Positions 38,219 to 47,734 of a stretch of 64,000 nt of DNA are shown here, piece by piece. Below the pieces are notes generated by a model that ran no database searches, was not told where the DNA came from, and was given only the letters and a program-made list of their open reading frames with translations. Where the stretch lies: contig JBPOHU010000001.1 in the NCBI GenBank assembly GCA_052035195.1, forward strand, positions 13,713-77,712, written 5' to 3'. Within the stretch, counting starts at the first letter, position 1. Every line of letters begins with the position of its first letter. Both the position numbers and the translations under genes were made by a program. The stretch comes from Candidatus Nomurabacteria bacterium (lineage in GTDB: Bacteria > Patescibacteriota > Minisyncoccia > Phycocordibacterales > UBA9973).

Positions 38219-39598
38219 ATGAAATTTTCTAGTATATACATACCCACAAGGCCACAACCAGACACTATTGTAGCGATTTTCTTACTTAAGGCTTACGGGG
38301 TAACCATTTTTAATGGTATTGATACTGCTGATTATCAAGTTCTTTCTCATACTGATCAAAATAAAGATGAAAAAGAGTATTTGAAAGAAGGTAAAATATT
38401 ACTTGATGTTGGTGGAGGTATTTTTGATCACCACAATAAACTTGAAAAAACTACAGCTAGTGAACTTGTTGCCAAGGCTTTAGGTATACAAAATGAGCCT
38501 GCTATCCAAAAGCTTTTAGCTTACGCTAAGCGAGATGATTTTTATGGAAAGGGTACACAGTCTGATGATCCACTTGATAAAGCTTTTGGACTCTCTGGTT
38601 TAATAGCCGCTATGAATAAAACTCATTTGGACAATCCTACTGTTATTGTCGATACAATCCTTCCTCTTCTGCAGGCTCATCATAATCAAGAAAAACAAAG
38701 AACTATAGAATCGCCTAAAGAAATATCTTTGCTTCGAGAAAGAGGTCTTTTTTCTGAGATAGAAGTACTTCAGAAAAAAAATACACTCAAGGTTTGTTTT
38801 GTAGAATCTGATAACGTTGGTCTTCCAGGGTTTCTTCGAGCAACTGATGGTGGTCGTTATGATGTTGTAGTTCAGAAACGTAGTACTGGCCATGTAAATA
38901 TTTTGACTAAACCACTTAAAAGACCTGATTTGCGACCATTAGTCGGCTTGATCCGGGCAGAAGAGTATAGTATTCGCTCTGGTATTTTTTACCCAAATCC
39001 TGATTTGTTGAAATTACCCGGAAGAAATGACGATGTTCCGTTTTGGTATTTTGATCCAGCAACCAATTCTTTGCAAAATGGAGGTGTTAATCCTGAACAA
39101 ACAGAAGCAACTAAAATCCCCTGGGAAATAATAAAAAAACTCACGGAGAAAGGAATGGCTCTTTTTGAAGGAACAATTTTTAAACAGAAGGATCCGTCAC
39201 GTGTTTTATATACTGCTTTATTTGTAGATTCACCCGACCAACTTCTATCTAGATTTAAACCTAAGCACTCCCAGGTGTATGCGCACCATCTTACACTAAA
39301 TTATAAGCCTGAATCTATAAAAGATTTAGAAATAGGAAAGAAGATTGAACTTAAGATTATAGGGCGAGTTTCAGATGGCAATGGGGACGCCCTTCTTGTT
39401 GAAACTGATTTAAAAACAGAGGGTAGACATCCTCATATTACACTTTCTTGCGCAGAAGGTTTTCGTCCAAACTATTCAAACCAGATGGTTGAAAAGGCGG
39501 TGTTAGATGGCACTGTAGAGTATTTCGATGATGTTGAATATGTTGAAACTACCGAAGGATACGAAAATGGTGAAAATAAGGTTATTATCTCATTATAG
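38219..39598 (+). CDS. Fusion of a MYG1/DHH-like domain and a C-terminal 2H phosphoesterase
   Basis: LLDVGGGIFDHH; two HxT motifs (HHLTL, HPHITL) followed by YSN. Confidence 0.65.
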   Translation: MKFSSIYIPTRPQPDTIVAIFLLKAYGVTIFNGIDTADYQVLSHTDQNKDEKEYLKEGKILLDVGGGIFDHHNKLEKTTASELVAKALGIQNEPAIQKLLAYAKRDDFYGKGTQSDDPLDKAFGLSGLIAAMNKTHLDNPTVIVDTILPLLQAHHNQEKQRTIESPKEISLLRERGLFSEIEVLQKKNTLKVCFVESDNVGLPGFLRATDGGRYDVVVQKRSTGHVNILTKPLKRPDLRPLVGLIRAEEYSIRSGIFYPNPDLLKLPGRNDDVPFWYFDPATNSLQNGGVNPEQTEATKIPWEIIKKLTEKGMALFEGTIFKQKDPSRVLYTALFVDSPDQLLSRFKPKHSQVYAHHLTLNYKPESIKDLEIGKKIELKIIGRVSDGNGDALLVETDLKTEGRHPHITLSCAEGFRPNYSNQMVEKAVLDGTVEYFDDVEYVETTEGYENGENKVIISL

Positions 39599-39638
39599 CT
39601 TGCCTTAAAAGCACTTTTCTGCTATAGTTCCAGGACAT

Positions 39639-39797
39639 ATGCCACAGCAAAACCTAGTAAAATTAGTAAACAAAGAGACAGGGGAAACCTATTGGTCTAC
39701 AAAAAACCGCAAAAAGCTTGCAGGTATTAAGCTTGAATTCAAGAAATACTCTCGAAAACTTCGAAAGGTTGTATCTTTCAAGGAATCAAAGAAATAA
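39639..39797 (+). CDS. rpmG: 50S ribosomal protein L33 (Cys-free form; not in ORF track)
   Basis: MPQQNLVKLVNKETGETYWSTKNRKKLAGIKLEFKKYSRKLRKVVSFKESKK. Confidence 0.92.
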   Translation: MPQQNLVKLVNKETGETYWSTKNRKKLAGIKLEFKKYSRKLRKVVSFKESKK

Positions 39798-39834
39798 TAA
39801 AAACCCTCATTATGAGGGTTTTTATTATTTCTTT
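39788..39834. terminator. Bidirectional terminator between rpmG and tRNA-Trp
   Basis: Perfect 23-bp arms aaagaaataataaaaaccctcat and atgagggtttttattatttcttt. Confidence 0.85.
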
Positions 39835-39837
39835 TTG

Positions 39838-39911
39838 TGGCGGGCGATGTAGGAATCGGACCCACACCAAAGGTTTTGGAGACCTTCGTTCTACCACTAA
39901 ACTAATCGCCC
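39838..39911 (-). tRNA. tRNA-Trp(CCA), 3' CCA encoded
   Basis: Cloverleaf GGGCGAT...AAGGT-CTCCAAA-ACCTT...GTGGG-TCCGATT-CCTAC-ATCGCCC-G-CCA. Confidence 0.93.
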
Positions 39912-39947
39912 AACAGTCCATACTATAACAAAAAAGATCAATTTGAG

Positions 39948-40784
39948 CTATTTTGCATATTTCTTAAACCAAGTACGTTGACGCTTGGCATAATGCCAGA
40001 TAGCCATTTCAAGCTCTTTAAGCATCTCTTCTTTGGATAGTTTGTCTTGTAAAAATAATGCCAGATATCGATATTCCAATCCGAAAGATTCAAGTCTTTT
40101 CCAAGAGACGCCTTCAGAGTGCAAACTCTCTACTTCTTTTACCATACCCGTTTTCATTCTTTTCAAAAGTCTTTTGTGTATTCTTTCTTTCAAGACTTCA
40201 TCAGGAAAGTCTAGATATATCCACTCTACATTGTACTTGTGGTGAGCTTGCCGAACCATTTCAGGTACAGAGCCGAGCGCTGTAGCTATTTCTATAGCAC
40301 GGATAAGCCTCACTTTATTTTTCTGATCAACCAATTCAAAACGCCTAGGGTCTAATTTTTGAAGTTTATTTTGAAGTTCTTCGAGAGATAGTTTTTCTAA
40401 AGTTTTTCGAAGTGTTTTATTTGGAGGAACAGCAGGGAAGGCAATATCACAAATAACAGCATCAATATAAAATCCAGTTCCGCCGCAAATAATAGGAGTC
40501 TTGCCACGACTTACGATATCTTTGATAGCTTTGTCGGCAAACTTTTTATAACTAGATACAGAAAATACTCTTTTTGGATTTGCTATATCTAGGCAGTAAT
40601 GAGGTATACCACGCATTTCTTTTTTGGTAATTTTGCCACTACCTATATCTAAACCACGATACACTTGTCGAGAATCAGCAGAGACGATTTCTCCTCGCAC
40701 CTTTTTAGCGAGTTCTACTGCATAGTCACTTTTACCTGTAGCAGTAGGACCACATACTACGATGATTTTTTGTAATGATTTCAT
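39948..40784 (-). CDS. miaA: tRNA dimethylallyltransferase
   Basis: GPTATGKS, SADSRQVY.GLDIGSGK, GGTGFY, YAKRQRTW. Confidence 0.96.
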   Translation of the reverse strand: MKSLQKIIVVCGPTATGKSDYAVELAKKVRGEIVSADSRQVYRGLDIGSGKITKKEMRGIPHYCLDIANPKRVFSVSSYKKFADKAIKDIVSRGKTPIICGGTGFYIDAVICDIAFPAVPPNKTLRKTLEKLSLEELQNKLQKLDPRRFELVDQKNKVRLIRAIEIATALGSVPEMVRQAHHKYNVEWIYLDFPDEVLKERIHKRLLKRMKTGMVKEVESLHSEGVSWKRLESFGLEYRYLALFLQDKLSKEEMLKELEMAIWHYAKRQRTWFKKYAK

Positions 40785-40943
40785 ACTTTTACTTTTTTAT
40801 GGGTCACTAGTTACTAAGTATTTTTTCGCTAGTTGGCGAAAAAATACAAAGTACTATCGACCCCGACTCGATTGTCCTTCGGACATATCTCCGTCTCACA
40901 AAATGTCCACAAGCAAAGAAGTTTGCTTGTTTTTCACATTTTG

Positions 40944-41024
40944 TGCCCGAGGGGAGACTTGAACTCCCACCCCTTACGAGACTCGATTTTGAGTCGAGCG
41001 CGTCTACCATTCCGCCACTCGGGC
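40944..41024 (-). tRNA. tRNA-Leu(CAA)
   Basis: GCCCGAG-TGGCGGAATGGTAGACGC...CTCGA-CTCAAAA-TCGAG, variable arm, GGGAG-TTCAAGT-CTCCC; CCA not encoded. Confidence 0.95.
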
Positions 41025-41030
41025 AACTCG

Positions 41031-41057
41031 CCCCGCGAAGCTTTATGCGAAGTGGGG
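41031..41057. repeat. REP-like short hairpin
   Basis: ccccgcgaagctttatgcgaagtgggg shares core CGnAGCTTTA(T)GCGAAGT with 53443-53466. Confidence 0.55.
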
Positions 41058-41114
41058 TTACGTCCTCATTTTACATGGTTTTTGGGTTAAGTAAACATCA
41101 AATTAATATAATAC

Positions 41115-41440
41115 TTGACAAAGTCTGTCAAAGGTGTATAGTGTACTCAGAGTTCTTACCCGCACGGAATGTCTCCTTGCGGAAACACAAAAAAATAAAA
41201 AATGAAAAGGAAAGTTCCCCCGGGCTACAATGCCCGCAACACATCTTCTGTCGATCCCTTTTATGCCGTAAGTTTTTCCGATGTGATCAGCCTGGATACC
41301 GGCCCCTGCCGCCAGCATCTGAAAAGACTGGACTGACCGACCCCGCTGCCGGGCCCGCTTTAAAACAGTAGGAGCCCAGCTAAAAAAATCTACCCATGCC
41401 TTGTGGTAGTACCCCCGATTTTTTCGGGGGTTCTTTGTTT
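41115..41440 (+). other. GC-rich stand-alone transcription unit (44-aa ORF 41202-41336 or ncRNA)
   Basis: TTGACA-16-TATAGT at 41115-41142; leader hairpin near 41160-41182; terminator accccc...ggggg plus T tract at 41411-41440. Confidence 0.4.
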
Positions 41441-41474
41441 TTAAGCTCAAAATTTTTTATGTTATTATGTAGTC

Positions 41475-42509
41475 ATGTCAAACCTGTATTCAAATTCAAT
41501 CTTTTTTATCGACACAGATAAAATTTTTCCAAATCCATACCAACCTCGCCGAGAATTTGAACAAGGGCCACTAAACGATTTAGCAGAATCTATCCGTCAG
41601 TATGGAGTGTTGCAGCCACTAACTGTCTCTCGGGTAGAAAAAGAAACTCCAGACGGGGGGTTAATCACTGAGTATGAACTTATCGCTGGAGAGCGTAGAC
41701 TACGTGCTGCCAAACTTGCTGGTATTCCTACAGTACCTGTGATTATCAGAGTAGGAGATGATCCTATGATGAAGCTAGAGCTCGCTATCATCGAAAATGT
41801 TCAGCGCGAAGATCTCAATCCGGTAGAACGTGCTCGAAGTTTTGCTCGTCTTGTAGAAGAATTCAAACTCACTCACGCTCAAATAGGGCAAAAGGTAGGT
41901 AAGAGTCGAGAATATGTTTCAAACTCCCTTAGACTTTTGTTGATGCCACAAGAATTTCTAGATGCTCTTTCAGAGGGCAAGATAAATGAAGGTCATACAA
42001 GACCACTTCTCATGCTTAGTACTCGCAAAGAAGAGCAGATGACTTTGTTCAAAGAAATAGTTTATCGCAAGATTTCTGTAAGAGAAGCAGAGCGTATTGC
42101 GCGTCGTATTGCTACAGATAAAGCTCGCAAAAAAGAGCTTCTTCCTACGCCAGAGCTCATGGAAATAGAAAAACATTTGCAAGAGAAGCTTGGTACCAGG
42201 GTTCATATTCAGCAAGGTGAAGTCGGTGGCAAAATTACGATAGATTATTTCTCAAATGATGATCTTGATGTGATAGTTGATGTATTAGGCAAAGCACAAG
42301 CTAGAGGCACAACAGAAGAGAATTTCAAGGCTTTTATAGCAACAAAAGAGGGTACTCCTGTATCAGAAAATATTAGTTCAGAGCAAGTCCTTGAAGAAAG
42401 AGCAGAAAAAGAAGAAGTAGCTTTACTTGATGATAGAAATAAAGAAGAAGTCAAAGAATCAGAAGAAGACGTAGATAGTCTATACAATATCAAAAACTTC
42501 TCTCTCTAG
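41475..42509 (+). CDS. parB: ParB/Spo0J chromosome partitioning protein
   Basis: PNPYQPRREF, GVLQPL, IAGERRLRA, IENVQREDLN, HTH; no adjacent parA. Confidence 0.93.
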   Translation: MSNLYSNSIFFIDTDKIFPNPYQPRREFEQGPLNDLAESIRQYGVLQPLTVSRVEKETPDGGLITEYELIAGERRLRAAKLAGIPTVPVIIRVGDDPMMKLELAIIENVQREDLNPVERARSFARLVEEFKLTHAQIGQKVGKSREYVSNSLRLLLMPQEFLDALSEGKINEGHTRPLLMLSTRKEEQMTLFKEIVYRKISVREAERIARRIATDKARKKELLPTPELMEIEKHLQEKLGTRVHIQQGEVGGKITIDYFSNDDLDVIVDVLGKAQARGTTEENFKAFIATKEGTPVSENISSEQVLEERAEKEEVALLDDRNKEEVKESEEDVDSLYNIKNFSL

Positions 42510-43975
42510 TCCTTCACTGAAAACCTTTCAGCCAAGCCACCTTTTTCTTCTACATACATTCTGATTTTCTTACGAGCAAAACTTGTTTTGGCGTATTCAA
42601 GCCATTTACTACTCGGATGAGCATTTTTGGCTGTGATTATCTCCACTACGTCACCATTTTGCAGTATTGTATCTAGGCTCGCCATTTTTCTATTTATTTT
42701 TACGGCGCTTACACTGTTACCGATATCAGAGTGTATGGCATATGCGAAGTCTATAGCACTTGCGTCTTCTGGCAAATCTATCACGTCGCCCTTTGGTGTG
42801 AAGACAAAGATTCGATGGTTGAAAAAGTCTAACTTGAGCTCATTCATATCGTCCACGCTACTTACCAAACTAGATAGTTCTTTGAGTTGATCAAGCCAGG
42901 CTTGTTGTTGTTTTTCTGATACTTTTCCTCCTAGAGATTTTTCTTTGTAGACTAGGTGTGAAGCTATACCTAGCTCAGCATCACTATGCATTTCATTTGT
43001 GCGTATTTGGATCTCTACGACTCCTCCAGGGGTAACAACTGTTGTGTGCAATGATTTGTAGCCATTTGGTTTTGGTACGGCTATCCAGTCTTTTATACGG
43101 CCAGGAATAGGTTTCCAGGACATATGCATTAGTCCTAATACTTGATAACAATCAGCGACACTTGGCACCAAGACTCTCAGGGCTACTATGTCATGGATTT
43201 TTTCTCTTTCCATATTGTATTTCACAAGCTTTCTATAGAGGCTATAGACATGCTTAGCTCGAGCATCTACCTGGGCTTGTATATTAAAAGACTCAAGTAT
43301 TTCCTCAACTTCTTTTTTGATGGTATCAACGAGTTTTGTAGCTTCGGGTGTTAGTTCATCCATCAAAGCTTTTGTTTCTTTGTGTTCTTGGGGGTAAGCA
43401 AAAGGGAAGGCTTCATTTTCAAGAAGGCCTTTGAGTTTGCCCATACCGAGTCGTCCAGCAAGAGGGGCATAGACTTCTATTGTTTCTATTGCGATTCTTT
43501 TTTGTTTATCTTCTCTTACATGTTCTAGTGTCTGGATATTGTGAAGTCTATCAGCGAGCTTGATGATAAGTACACGTACATCCTCAGCCAAAGCAATAAA
43601 AAACTTCCTCATACTCTCTACGTGCCTTTCAACTCCTTGGTATTTTAATTTTCCAAGTTTTGTAACTCCTGATACCAAGAAAAGTATTTCTTCTCCAAAT
43701 TCTTTTTTAAATTCTTCTTCAGTAATATCAGTATCCTCTAGCGTGTCATGAAGTAGTGCTCCGGATATCGTGATAGCATCTGCTCCTAGGGAAGCGCAGT
43801 TTTTTGCCACTTCAAAAACATGTGTAAAATACGGCTCTCCACTATTTCGAAGTTGATTTGCGTGTGCCTTTTTTGAGAAAAAGTAAGCCTTCTCTATAAG
43901 AGCTTTTTCTTCTACTCCAAAAGATTTTCCGCTGTATTTATATAGTTCTTCTAAATGTTCTTCTGGACTTTTCAT
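42506..43975 (-). CDS. rel: RelA/SpoT (p)ppGpp synthetase/hydrolase, short form (HD, synthetase, TGS)
   Basis: RNSGEPYFTH, LHDTLED, IKLADRLHN, PKPNGYKSLHT, EIQIRT, VFTPKG, DFAYAIHS. Confidence 0.92.
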   Translation of the reverse strand: MKSPEEHLEELYKYSGKSFGVEEKALIEKAYFFSKKAHANQLRNSGEPYFTHVFEVAKNCASLGADAITISGALLHDTLEDTDITEEEFKKEFGEEILFLVSGVTKLGKLKYQGVERHVESMRKFFIALAEDVRVLIIKLADRLHNIQTLEHVREDKQKRIAIETIEVYAPLAGRLGMGKLKGLLENEAFPFAYPQEHKETKALMDELTPEATKLVDTIKKEVEEILESFNIQAQVDARAKHVYSLYRKLVKYNMEREKIHDIVALRVLVPSVADCYQVLGLMHMSWKPIPGRIKDWIAVPKPNGYKSLHTTVVTPGGVVEIQIRTNEMHSDAELGIASHLVYKEKSLGGKVSEKQQQAWLDQLKELSSLVSSVDDMNELKLDFFNHRIFVFTPKGDVIDLPEDASAIDFAYAIHSDIGNSVSAVKINRKMASLDTILQNGDVVEIITAKNAHPSSKWLEYAKTSFARKKIRMYVEEKGGLAERFSVKD

Positions 43976-44149
43976 GATATTGTTATACACTGTTATTCAG
44001 AAAAAATACAGTATTTTTTGTTTCCATAGCAATCCTAAATAAAAACCCCTCTTTTCCAGGAGGGGTTTGTTTATTGTTGACTTTTTATAGATTTTGTTAT
44101 ATAATATAATTATATATAGTACAGTTCTTTCACTTTTAAAATCATTCAA

Positions 44150-44527
44150 ATGAAAAAGATATTAGTTTTTATTTTAGTAATTTTACTGAGCAACTCTCTT
44201 TATGCTCAGGAAAAAACCCCTGTTCGGGCAGTCGAACTCAAATCATCCGTCTCTTCTTTTGAAACCTTGTTTTCTAAAACCGGCCTCCGTCCTATTTCGG
44301 GGACACAAGAACTACGCACTATTTACAAAGATGTAATGGAAGTCCCTGAGCTTTTTGGGCTAAGCCCTAAGAGCTCCATTTTCTTTGTATATGAGGTTTC
44401 AGGAAAGCTCTGTTTAACAGAGGTTCGCTGGAAAGAGATTGATGCCAGAGGAACACTCATTGTTCAAAATATAAAATGGTTGAGTATAAACATCATCCCG
44501 AAGGGCTCAATCATTATGGGAAGATAA
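44150..44527 (+). CDS. Secreted hypothetical protein with own promoter
   Basis: Signal MKKILVFILVILLSNSLYA-Q; TTGACT-17-TATAAT at 44077-44105; flanked by hairpin terminators. Confidence 0.65.
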   Translation: MKKILVFILVILLSNSLYAQEKTPVRAVELKSSVSSFETLFSKTGLRPISGTQELRTIYKDVMEVPELFGLSPKSSIFFVYEVSGKLCLTEVRWKEIDARGTLIVQNIKWLSINIIPKGSIIMGR

Positions 44528-44564
44528 AAAGCTTTTTTAAAAAATCCGACAAGTTCGGATTTTT

Positions 44565-46775
44565 TTATTTAGCTTTCTTTTGGAAACCGCGAGGTTTCTT
44601 TTCTTGAGCAAGAAGTTCTAGTGCTTGTTCCAAAGTGATAGTATAAACATCTAGTGGCACCTTGATTGATCGGAAGTTTCCATCATGGGCTACATAAGGA
44701 CCAAAGCGACCATTGTTAGCAGTGACTTCTTTTTTGCTTTCTGGGTGCTCTCCAAGAGTTCTAGGAAGTGACAAATACTTAAGAGCCATTTCCAAGGTCA
44801 CAGTACTTGGATCTATTGTTTTAGGAATAGAAGCCATTTTTGGTTTCAACTTTTTTTCTCCTTTTTTAGCTTTTCCTTTCTCTGGCATAAGTCCGAGTTG
44901 AACATAAGGACCAAATCTTCCTATTTTGGTAAATATCGGCAATTTTGTTTCTGGGTCAATTCCTATTGGTTCATCGTCTTTTATTTCTGTTCCGTCTATC
45001 ATAAGAGCGCCATCACAATCTGGATATCTATTGCAAGATAGGAATTTGCCTCCGCGACCTAGTTTTACAACCATACCACTACCACAAACTGGACATTTAA
45101 ATTTTTCATCAGCTTCTTCTAGGGTTGTTGCTTTATCAAGCTTTTCTTTTAGCTTAACTTCTTTTTTAAATGGTGTATAAAAATCTCGCAATGTCTTTTC
45201 ATATTCACGATCTCCGTTTGCAATATCGTCGAGCTTATCTTCGATACTAGCTGTAAAAGTGTCAGAGATATATTGCATAAAGTTTTGTTCCAAAAACGTA
45301 GAAACAACTTCGCCTGTGTCAGTCGGCTTGAGAGATCTATTTATTTTTTCTATATAGCCACGAATTTCAAGAGTACTAATAATAGAAGCATAAGTAGATG
45401 GGCGACCTATACCACGGGCTTCCAATTCTTTAACAAGACCTGCTTCAGAGTATCGGTTTGGTGGCTCTGTTTGTTTTTCTAGACTGACTAGTTCAATCAA
45501 ATTAAGTGCTTCGCCTTCTTTAACACTCGGTAGTTCTACATCTTCTCCTTTAGCTCCAACATCAACAGATAGCCATCCAGGGAAAAGTACCTGGCTTCCA
45601 GTAACAGTAAAGTCGGGGATAGAATCACCTTTTACATTTGCAGTAATTCTTGTTTTGAGAAGTTTGGCATCAGCCATTTGAGAAGAAACAGTTCTCTCCC
45701 AAATCAAAGCATAAAGACGCTTTTGTTCTTCATTGTTTCCAGTATTCATTTTCTCAACATGTGTTGGTCTGATTGCTTCGTGTGCTTCTTGAGCATTTTT
45801 TGATTTTGTTTTGTAGGTTCTAGTTTCTAGGTATTCTTTTCCATACTTTTTCTCTACTAGAGAGGCTATAGCACTGAGTGACTGTTTAGAAAGAGTTGTT
45901 GAATCAGTACGCATGTATGATATGTGTCCCGCTTCATAAAGCTTTTGAGCTACTTGCATTGTTCGGCTTGGAGAAAATCCTAGTCGGCTACTTGCAGTTT
46001 GTTGTAGGGTAGAAGTAGTAAAAGGCGCACGAGGAGATCGCTTTTGTTCACTTTCTTTTACTTCTTTTACATACCAAGGTTTACTGTTACCGTCTTTAAG
46101 TATTTTCTCCATCAAAGCTTTGTCTCTAGGCTCTTCTGTACAAGATAAAGTCAAAGATTCTTTCTTTTGAGTTTCGCAATGAGCAGTTAGAGCCCAGTAA
46201 GTCTCAGGTACGAAGGCTTTTATTTCTCGCTCTCTTTCAACCAATATTCTAAGAGCAGGAGATTGAACTCTTCCAGCAGAAAGTCCGTATCTTACTTTTT
46301 GCCAAATTATTCCAGAGAGATCATAACCAACTAGACGGTCGAGCACACGTCTTGCTTCTTGAGCTTTACGTAAATTTGTATCTATTGCTCTAGGGTGCTT
46401 GAGAGCTTCAACTACAGCTTCTTTGGTAATTTCATTAAAGGTTACTCTACTAATAGAAGCTTTAACCTTTTTATCAGCTTTTAGTATTTCTTCTATATGC
46501 CAAGAAATAGCCTCTCCTTCTCGGTCCGGGTCGGTTGCAAGTACAATAGTTTTAGCTTTTTCAGCTAGTGCTTGTAGTTCGTGTACTACTTTGTCTTTAC
46601 CTTTACTGATTTCATAGTGAGGAATAAAACCATTTTCTATATCGATAGCTTTTTTATTTGATTTTGGTAGATCACGCACATGTCCTACAGAAGCGCGAAC
46701 AATATATTCGCCATCTAAGTATTTCTCTATGGTTTTAGCCTTAGAGGGGGACTCAACTATCAAAAGTTTGCTCAT
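44565..46775 (-). CDS. topA: DNA topoisomerase I
   Basis: IVESPSKAKTI, ATDPDREGE, SAGRVQS, YMRTDS, EAHEAIRP, Zn ribbon and GRFGPY C-terminal repeats. Confidence 0.98.
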   Translation of the reverse strand: MSKLLIVESPSKAKTIEKYLDGEYIVRASVGHVRDLPKSNKKAIDIENGFIPHYEISKGKDKVVHELQALAEKAKTIVLATDPDREGEAISWHIEEILKADKKVKASISRVTFNEITKEAVVEALKHPRAIDTNLRKAQEARRVLDRLVGYDLSGIIWQKVRYGLSAGRVQSPALRILVEREREIKAFVPETYWALTAHCETQKKESLTLSCTEEPRDKALMEKILKDGNSKPWYVKEVKESEQKRSPRAPFTTSTLQQTASSRLGFSPSRTMQVAQKLYEAGHISYMRTDSTTLSKQSLSAIASLVEKKYGKEYLETRTYKTKSKNAQEAHEAIRPTHVEKMNTGNNEEQKRLYALIWERTVSSQMADAKLLKTRITANVKGDSIPDFTVTGSQVLFPGWLSVDVGAKGEDVELPSVKEGEALNLIELVSLEKQTEPPNRYSEAGLVKELEARGIGRPSTYASIISTLEIRGYIEKINRSLKPTDTGEVVSTFLEQNFMQYISDTFTASIEDKLDDIANGDREYEKTLRDFYTPFKKEVKLKEKLDKATTLEEADEKFKCPVCGSGMVVKLGRGGKFLSCNRYPDCDGALMIDGTEIKDDEPIGIDPETKLPIFTKIGRFGPYVQLGLMPEKGKAKKGEKKLKPKMASIPKTIDPSTVTLEMALKYLSLPRTLGEHPESKKEVTANNGRFGPYVAHDGNFRSIKVPLDVYTITLEQALELLAQEKKPRGFQKKAK

Positions 46776-46821
46776 ATGGTATGCAGTAGTACCATGCTAC
46801 AAAAAAAATGGCAAATTTTAC

Positions 46822-47694
46822 TCAAGCAATTCTTTCTATTATTCCGTAAGTTTCTTTTATAAGACCTTTGATTTCAAGGGTTGAAAGGATGACATTTATT
46901 TCAGAAGATTCCATTTCTAAACTATCTATTAACTGGTCTTTTGTCTTTGGTTCTTTGAGAGCATCAAGAACCAGGCCTTCTTTTTCATTTACCAACAACC
47001 CTGACAAAGGTACATCTTTTGCTTCAAGCCCAAGCTCTTTTAGAATATCTCCACTTGAAGTTATAGGAGTAGCGCCTAGTCGGAGCAACCAGTTTGTCCC
47101 TTGTGAGGAGTTGCTATAAATACTTCCTGGGACAGCACCTACTATTTTATTGTATTCAGTACCGAGTCTGGCTGTGATGAGCGCGCCAGACTTTTCTTGT
47201 GCCTCTATTATGATTATCATGTCGGCAATACCAGCTACTATTCTATTTCTTTGAGGAAAGGTCCAAATAGCCCCGCGAGTCTCTGGTGTATATTCAGAAA
47301 ACAAAGCACCACCTTTTTCTAAAATATCTTTCGCTAAGTCTCTATTTATTGCAGGATAGAGTGTTTTCCAAGAAAGCCCTGATCCGGGAAATGCTATTGT
47401 TGTCAGACCAGAGCTCAAAGCCGCTTTGTGAACTATAGAATCAATACCCATAGCCAAACCAGAGACTATAACTATATTGTATCCACGTAATCCTTCTATA
47501 AGGGTTTTACAAACATTTGCTCCATAGCTAGTACAAGCACGAGAACCAACAAAAGCGATAATTTTCTTATGCTTTACATTATCCATTGTGCCCCTCATAA
47601 AAAACCTTTTAGGTTTTTGGGGTATTTCTGCAAGACTAGGAAATGTCTCAATAGGGTCAACTTCTTGAATGGGAAATTTTTCATTATTTTCCAT
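46822..47694 (-). CDS. dprA: DNA-processing protein DprA
   Basis: VGSR...YG, VSGLAMGID, FPQRNRIVAG, EAQEKSGALITA, VPG; probable start 47694. Confidence 0.93.
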   Translation of the reverse strand: MENNEKFPIQEVDPIETFPSLAEIPQKPKRFFMRGTMDNVKHKKIIAFVGSRACTSYGANVCKTLIEGLRGYNIVIVSGLAMGIDSIVHKAALSSGLTTIAFPGSGLSWKTLYPAINRDLAKDILEKGGALFSEYTPETRGAIWTFPQRNRIVAGIADMIIIIEAQEKSGALITARLGTEYNKIVGAVPGSIYSNSSQGTNWLLRLGATPITSSGDILKELGLEAKDVPLSGLLVNEKEGLVLDALKEPKTKDQLIDSLEMESSEINVILSTLEIKGLIKETYGIIERIA

Positions 47695-47734
47695 GGTGTT
47701 GAATAATTGTATCACTTTAGGTACTATGTTATAT

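Noticed and set aside
41205-41385. RNase P RNA (GGAAAGT...GGGCT and AACAG...CCCAGCT resemblance)
   Set aside because: The P4 strands do not pair convincingly and other conserved regions are not recognisable.
40762-41450. ORF-track ORFs overlapping tRNA-Leu
   Set aside because: They are shadows of the tRNA and GC-rich hairpins, with no protein motifs.
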